Part shown: piece after piece, positions 60,145 to 64,000 of the stretch
Layout: every line of letters starts with the position of its first letter
Position numbering within the stretch: the stretch's first letter is position 1
Source: Eledone cirrhosa
Taxonomy: Eukaryota
DNA: 64,000 nucleotides
Direction of reading: 5' to 3'
Assembly: GCA_964016885.1 (NCBI GenBank)
Contig: OZ024741.1
Span: 85,684,001-85,748,000, forward strand
Notes under the pieces: model-generated
The model's input: the letters and a program-made list of their open reading frames with translations, nothing else
Told to the model about the DNA's origin: nothing
Database searches by the model: none
Position numbers and translations under genes: made by a program

Positions 60145-61040
60145 TTATTCTTGAGAGGGTCGTGGGGGCAGAGTTTTCAAACGGGTTCTGTCAGAAGCAA
60201 CTGTCTCCAACTGATCCGGCTGGATCCCCAAGTGAGACCAACCAAGCTCATGGATGTTATCTAACCATCTTGCTCGCGGTCTGCCGTTGGGTCTCTTGGC
60301 GGTTGGTTTTGCCCGTAAAATGTGTCCAACGATTCTTTCCTGAGACATTCTAGTATAGGAGCTGTGATCTCTCAATTCGGATAAGTAGCGGCTCGCCTGG
60401 AGCGACTCTCTGATCTCCGAACTACACACTCTATGGAGTAACATTACTTTAAAGAGTCCTTCGGGGGAACCCCATTTCGGCCGATTGTATTCGCGATCGT
60501 ATTTTTTCGGTATTTACCCAAAATTCATGACCATAGGTAAGGGTTGGCACTAATACTGATTTGAAGTGAGTTTGGCTTTTACACCTACCTCCCTTCTTCT
60601 GATTACCGTATGATGAGCCTGGCGCATTACTGCCCCAGCTCCTGCAATTCTTGCACTTCCTGCCCTCCGTCACTCGTGACCATGGCCCCGAGATACTTTA
60701 ACTTCTCCACCTACTTCAGTGGAACTTCTTTCACATGTAGTGTCCACTATGCAGGCTTCCTTGAGAGATTGAGTGCCTGAGTTTTCGCAGCATTGATTTT
60801 CATTCCAGCCATGCAGCACTCGGCATCAAACCTATCAAGTGTGAGTCGGAGCTCACCTTCTGTCGAGTTAAGTAATACCATGTCGTCTGCAAATTCCAGC
60901 CAACTGATTCTACACTTCCAACCCCGCTGTGCTTGTCAATCCTGTACATGAAAATAATGAACAGTACGCACTTTTGGTTAAGTCCGACTCCCACGTTGAA
61001 TAGTTTCGATCTAGCACCATTTATCCGAACCCAAAGCCGG
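60145..61040 (-). mobile_element. RTE (Expander/Rex3-like) LINE 3' fragment
   Basis: VGVGL...EFADD...LVPTLTYGHEFW...RIQSAEM...GRPRARWLDNI. Confidence 0.75.
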
Positions 61041-61065
61041 ACTCGTGTGTGCCGGATGGCCTAGA

Positions 61066-61203
61066 TCTCTGGAAAAGCACCTAAGGAATGGCAATCGGGA
61101 ATGATAATCCCAGTTTTCAAAAATGGAGAAAGACAGATTGCTCCAATTATAGAGGGATCTTCTTGTTAAGCCTCCCCGGTAAATTCTATGCTACGTGTCT
61201 GGA
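61066..61203 (+). mobile_element. Inverted RT N-terminal fragment adjoining the minus-strand LINE
   Basis: SGKAPKEWQSGMIIPVFK...DCSNYRGIFLLSLPGK. Confidence 0.7.
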
Positions 61204-61959
61204 ATCGAACCCACATCCTAGTGGTTAAATTGTCCAGCAATCTAACCACTAGGTCATGCGCCGTCACATCCCGGTTAAAGAATAAACTTCACAAGATTAC
61301 TCTTAACCCTTTCATTACCATATTTCTAATGAAAGACACTACATATCATTTTCAAATAACTTTTAATATGATCGAGAATTTGGAGTTCATTATTGGGTTG
61401 GTGTTTGAAATATAACTTAAAGGTTATTACATAAAATTATGACCGAGTGAAGTGGGGTAGAAAAGAGACGTGCAAATAGCCTTTAGCATCTTTGCGTAAA
61501 TCCTCTTGGCAAATCGTATCAGCATTACGGTTTCGTATCTAGTTTAAGGAGTTTTCATTTAAATTCTAATTACCTAACGATTTCCGGCCATAGTAAATTA
61601 TAGACTCTCTCCTCCTCAAATTACTGGCTTTGTGCCTAAATCAGAAGCCATTACTATTTTTATTTCTATAAAATTTCTTTTCTTTTTTCTTTTACAGACT
61701 AAACATATTCGAGGGAGGGAAAAATATTTATTATTACACTTATTGGATTTTTATAAATTTTTACACAACGAAAAATTAAGGTAAGAAATTTTTAAATTGC
61801 ATCATTTTGTAACTTAGTAGAGATATCTTTAATACAGAGAGTAGTGGTGTGTAGCTCTTTATTACCGAGAGCGGTTGTGTGTAGTTCTTTATTACAGCGA
61901 GTGGTGGCGTGTAACTCTTTAATACAGAGATACGTTCCTCTAAACATTGTGTAGGGTGG

Positions 61960-62200
61960 TGTGTAAATGGCTGAGTATTTCACTGACACATGTACACTTA
62001 ACGTAACACTCAGTGTGACACAATGTCTGACAAAGTTGGACCTTTGGATTTCAGGACAACCCATCCGACGGGCTTCCACGCAGTTTCGGTCTACCCAATT
62101 CCAACCACAAGGTTTTGGTCGACCCAAGGTTATGATAAAACCAGTTGTTCAAGATGCCACGCAGTGGGATCAAACCCAGGAGCTCATGATTGCAAAGCGA
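61960..62200 (-). mobile_element. Degenerate SINE-like repeat
   Basis: gtaaatggctgagtattt...gtgggatcaaaccc (B-box on minus strand); partial copy near 62375. Confidence 0.5.
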
Positions 62201-63309
62201 ACCTCTTGCCCACTCTATTTAATGGCCGACCTTACCCATGTAACTAACCAAACAACCAGCCAACTATTAAGCATTAACAGAATATAATACTGACGATGTT
62301 GGATCTCCGTCGGTTCTGACGACGAATGTTTCAATTTTCGAACAACGGGACATACCGCTCTTAAAATTAGCATACAAGTGGCTGAGTATTCCAGAGATAC
62401 GTGCATATTTAACATAGGCCTCATGCAGATTCAGCGTAACCTAATGTTTGTCATGGTTTGCTGTTTTGAATTACAGGTACAACTCATGTTTGCCATTTAA
62501 TACTTCACTGGATATAATAGAACTCACACATTCGAGATAAACAACGAAATTGACAGGTGTCAATTCATGTCAATTAAAATTGACGTGACTTACCTGTCTC
62601 CTCAAAACATGTATAAACTGGCATTTGTGTGCAGGTGTGTCTGTGTCTGCATGTATGTATGTGTGTGTGTGTGTGTAAGTGGTAGAGTTTACTTCTCGTA
62701 CACAGTATAAATAACGATTGTTCATTAAACAATAGATGCTGCACGGATGAACACACACACACACACACACACGTGTATGTATACATACATACATATGTAT
62801 AGGCTTGATACGTTAAACAATTAAGCCAGTATATTCAAAAAGAGCTCAATTCGTTATGTGTGAATGATTGGGAGCAGGAATAAAACTGACGAATATTGGA
62901 TCTATGTATTCGTATCGTTCCATACGATCATTTCAATGCTGCACAATATATGACTAGCGTGCGCGCGCGTGTGTGAATCATGCTACAGTAGAGGCGCAAC
63001 GTTAGCATACTGAGGCGGTGGAAGACAACCTAGCAGGGAGGGAAATTGGATATAAGAGAAATCAGATGTATGCCAGAAAGAAGATTGCGCTGGTACGTTA
63101 CGGTGCATGTGATACATATATAGGATGTCAGTTGTGTAGATAGGATTTATGGAAGACTGAGGAAGACATGGAAAAAGTGACAGAGGCTAATGTCAAAAAG
63201 CAGAACCTCATCAAGAAAATAAATAGAAAAGAGAAAACGTAGCAATCGAAATCTATAACATAATGTCATACATTAAATATCCTTAACTATGGAATTAAAT
63301 TATTTTACT

Positions 63310-63450
63310 GGGGGTCAGTTATTCGACTGCAGTCATGCTGGGTCACCGCCTACATTTAATTGATCATATCGACCCTAGTACTTATTATTTCAAGTCTGGT
63401 ACATAATTTATCGATCTCTTTTTGTCGAATTGGTAATTTGCAGGACATAG
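63310..63450 (-). mobile_element. Degenerate SINE 3' part (family of 360-640)
   Basis: cagtcatgctgggtcaccgcc...atcgaccctagtactt...tcgatctctttttgtcgaa. Confidence 0.5.
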
Positions 63451-63789
63451 ACACAGACACAAACGTAAACATAAAAAGGACACAACACACACACACACAT
63501 GTATATATGTGAGTGTGTGTGTGCGTGTTACTCCTTTCTTATATCGTTAAGCTAAAGTATATATCATAGTACTGTATCGTTCTTCCGCGTTATTTTTCGT
63601 TGTTGACTTTTCTTTTATATGTGTGTGTGTGAGTACTCATTTTCACGCCTGTCAACATCGCACAGATATAAGACAAAGACATCATGTATGTGTATATATG
63701 TGTGTGTGTTCATCTATCTTTTCTTCGTCAACCACTAATGGTAATGCAATTTCATGAAAAAGGGATATATTGCATAACATTAAACCCAG

Positions 63790-64000
63790 GCTGTACGACT
63801 GGTTTATCAAGCCGCCGAAAAGATGCATCCCCGGGTCTCGATGGTCTTCCATACGAACTATATCTAGCTATGCCGGACTTGTTCCCCGATCTCCTCGAGG
63901 CGGTCTACTGCAACTGGCAACAGAACGGGAGAATTCCCTGTGCTGTGACCAAGGGCGTAGTCACGCTAGTGAGGAAGGACGAGAACACGGGGGACGATAT
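63790..64000 (+). mobile_element. Tx1/L1-clade RT fragment continuing beyond the window
   Basis: SPGLDGLPYELY...VYCNWQQNGRIP...GVVTLVRKD. Confidence 0.75.

Noticed and set aside
61826-61931. 30-bp tandem repeat (also an about 41-bp duplication at 51269-51350) as CRISPR-like
   Set aside because: No unique spacers, no cas genes, eukaryotic context; ordinary minisatellite

Overview
AT-rich, microsatellite-saturated eukaryotic DNA. The SINE families and the (TA)n/(TG)n/(CATA)n load suggest an octopus or other coleoid cephalopod; this is an inference. No host protein-coding gene can be identified, and nearly all long ORFs in the track are Y/I/C/V/H/T translations of microsatellites. The window is a transposon graveyard: Penelope-like elements (PLEs; Neptune-, Nematis- and Naiad-like RT/GIY-YIG fragments), LINE fragments (RTE, CR1-like, R4/Dong, CRE-like, Tx1/L1), tRNA-derived SINEs, a mariner, two hAT elements, a Tigger-like MITE and Helitrons. 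It also holds about 8 kb of degenerate (TA)n and a 200-N gap. The main hidden signal is about 24 type I hammerhead ribozyme (HHR) motifs (intact, variant-core or half), found by eye, from many distinct families. Most lie in short non-coding PLE-derived elements embedded in (TA)n. Several of these elements carry an inverted arm whose breakpoint falls at or just 3' of the ribozyme, including two near-perfect palindromes folded back at HHR stem II. Clade assignments come from motif recognition, not database searches. Element boundaries are approximate unless TIRs or TSDs are quoted.
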